Of a DNA stretch of 64,000 nt, positions 62,681 to 64,000 are shown piece after piece. The DNA is from Lama glama (lineage: Eukaryota). The notes under the pieces were generated by a model. The model saw only the letters and a program-made list of their open reading frames with translations, was not told the origin of the DNA and did not search any database. How positions within the stretch are numbered: the stretch's first letter is position 1; each line of letters starts with the position of its first letter. The DNA lies in assembly GCA_028534125.1 (NCBI GenBank), contig CM052818.1, forward strand, positions 19,656,001 through 19,720,000, given 5' to 3'. The position numbers and the translations under genes were made by a program.

Positions 62681-63904
62681 GTCTCCTGGCACTGGCACCA
62701 TGTCACCTGAGTGTGGCCTCCAAGACTGCAGGTTGGGTGGACACATCCAGGAACCAGCCCACACACAGGTGGCTTTCCCAAAACCTTCCTGGGTCATCGC
62801 TGTGCGTGTTGCTCCACAGTCCACCTAGTGAAGGCAGGCTCCAACCTCCTCCCTGCACAACTCGGGGAGCACTATTTACTGAAAACACAAGCAGGTTCTG
62901 TGTGGCTGGCAAGTCCCAGAAGCAAGTCTTAACAGCATAATTAGACAGGGGCATCACTGAGTATTCACAATACAGCACGTGTTGTCCCACTCGCTAAATG
63001 ATTAAATATGATTTAGCCTCCGTTTTTACCATGCTAGCACTTTTACACATATAAACCCATTCTCTTCTTCATGTTTGGCTTTAAAACTCTCTTCACTAGT
63101 TCTGAAAATGCAGTCTCCTATTCACTAAAGACCTGCGCGCAGTAAGCGTTCTGTCCACCCATCTACCTGCCTGTCCATCCACTCCTCCGGAGGTTGTTCT
63201 TTCAGCCAACTTTTCATCAAGTATCTACAGTGTGCCAGGCACTTGTCTTCACTGGGCTGACAGTGGAAACTTCTCAGTCCTTGTCCTCAAGAAGCTCACC
63301 CTCTATTGGGCAAACACACATAAGTAATTTACTATGACATATCATTGTAAGTGGGATAATGAAAGTATTGCCAATTGTTATCTCGGATAAACAAGACAAA
63401 TCAATGGTGCCAGGCAGCTGTGGCAGGTGGTCTGCATTGTGGGCCCCTGGCTTCCAGCAGGAGGCATCCTGTTCTTTCCGCCACCCAACCATAGATAGAA
63501 GACATGTTTGGCTAGTGTGCCCAGAGTTTAAAATTGGCATCTACATTTTCTTACTTTCCTTTAAAAAAGTGCATGAAACTTTTTTATAGTTTAAAGAACT
63601 GTAAAGGGAATATCTTTGTAACCATCCATGTGGTCAAGAAATAGACTAGAACATCTCTAGTACCTGTGATGTCCCCCCGCCCCCAACTTCACCTGTCTCA
63701 GTCAAGAGAAAGTGAAACAATTTTAAAGTGATCATTCCTTCCTCCCCAAAGGGGTAACACTACCCTGACCTTTTGTTTCATCATTACCTTGCTTTCCTTT
63801 ATGGTTTTACCGTCTGTGTATGTACCCTAAATAATACGAGGGTAAACTGTAGGAAATTGCCATTTTGTCTCATGAAAATTGCTGAATAACAGCAGTTTCA
63901 TATA

Positions 63905-64000
63905 CAGCCATCCCTCAGTATCCACAGGGGCTTGTTTCCAGGACCCCCGCAGATATCAAAATCCTAGGATGCTCAAATCCCTTGTATAAAATAGTGTAAT
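63905..64000 (+). mobile_element. MER2 (TcMar-Tigger), runs off the window end
   Basis: TA then 'cagccatccctcagtatccacaggggcttgtttccaggacccccgcagatatcaaaatcc..ggatgctcaa'. Confidence 0.85.

Overview
Mammalian non-coding genomic DNA (intergenic or intronic), most likely from a camelid. Three tRNA-Ala-derived poly(A)-tailed SINEs match the vic-1 type, the L1 3' ends are Laurasiatherian-type, and I see no Alu, Bov-tA, BovB or PRE1. I recognise no host protein-coding exon. The ORF track is mostly chance ORFs in GC-rich DNA plus L1 and ERV remnants. The window is a mosaic of ancient repeats (MIR, L2, MLT1, MER5A, MER20, MER33, MER58A, MER63, MER104, MER2), L1 fragments and ERV LTRs. The main structure is a degraded class I (gamma-like) provirus on the minus strand at about 49805-54985. 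Its layout is gag NC remnant - UGA - pro - RT (catalytic core deleted) - RNase H - integrase - intact 39-codon transmembrane sORF - env stub - PPT - 3' LTR. It is inserted in an old L1 5' region and is itself interrupted by two younger L1 insertions. The best novelty candidates are the sORF between pol and env, a perfect 22-bp inverted repeat with a hairpin junction near 20.4-20.8 kb, and a young solo LTR carrying octamer, SOX and three CCAAT motifs. Repeat family names come from recalled consensus similarity and need confirmation with RepeatMasker or Dfam.
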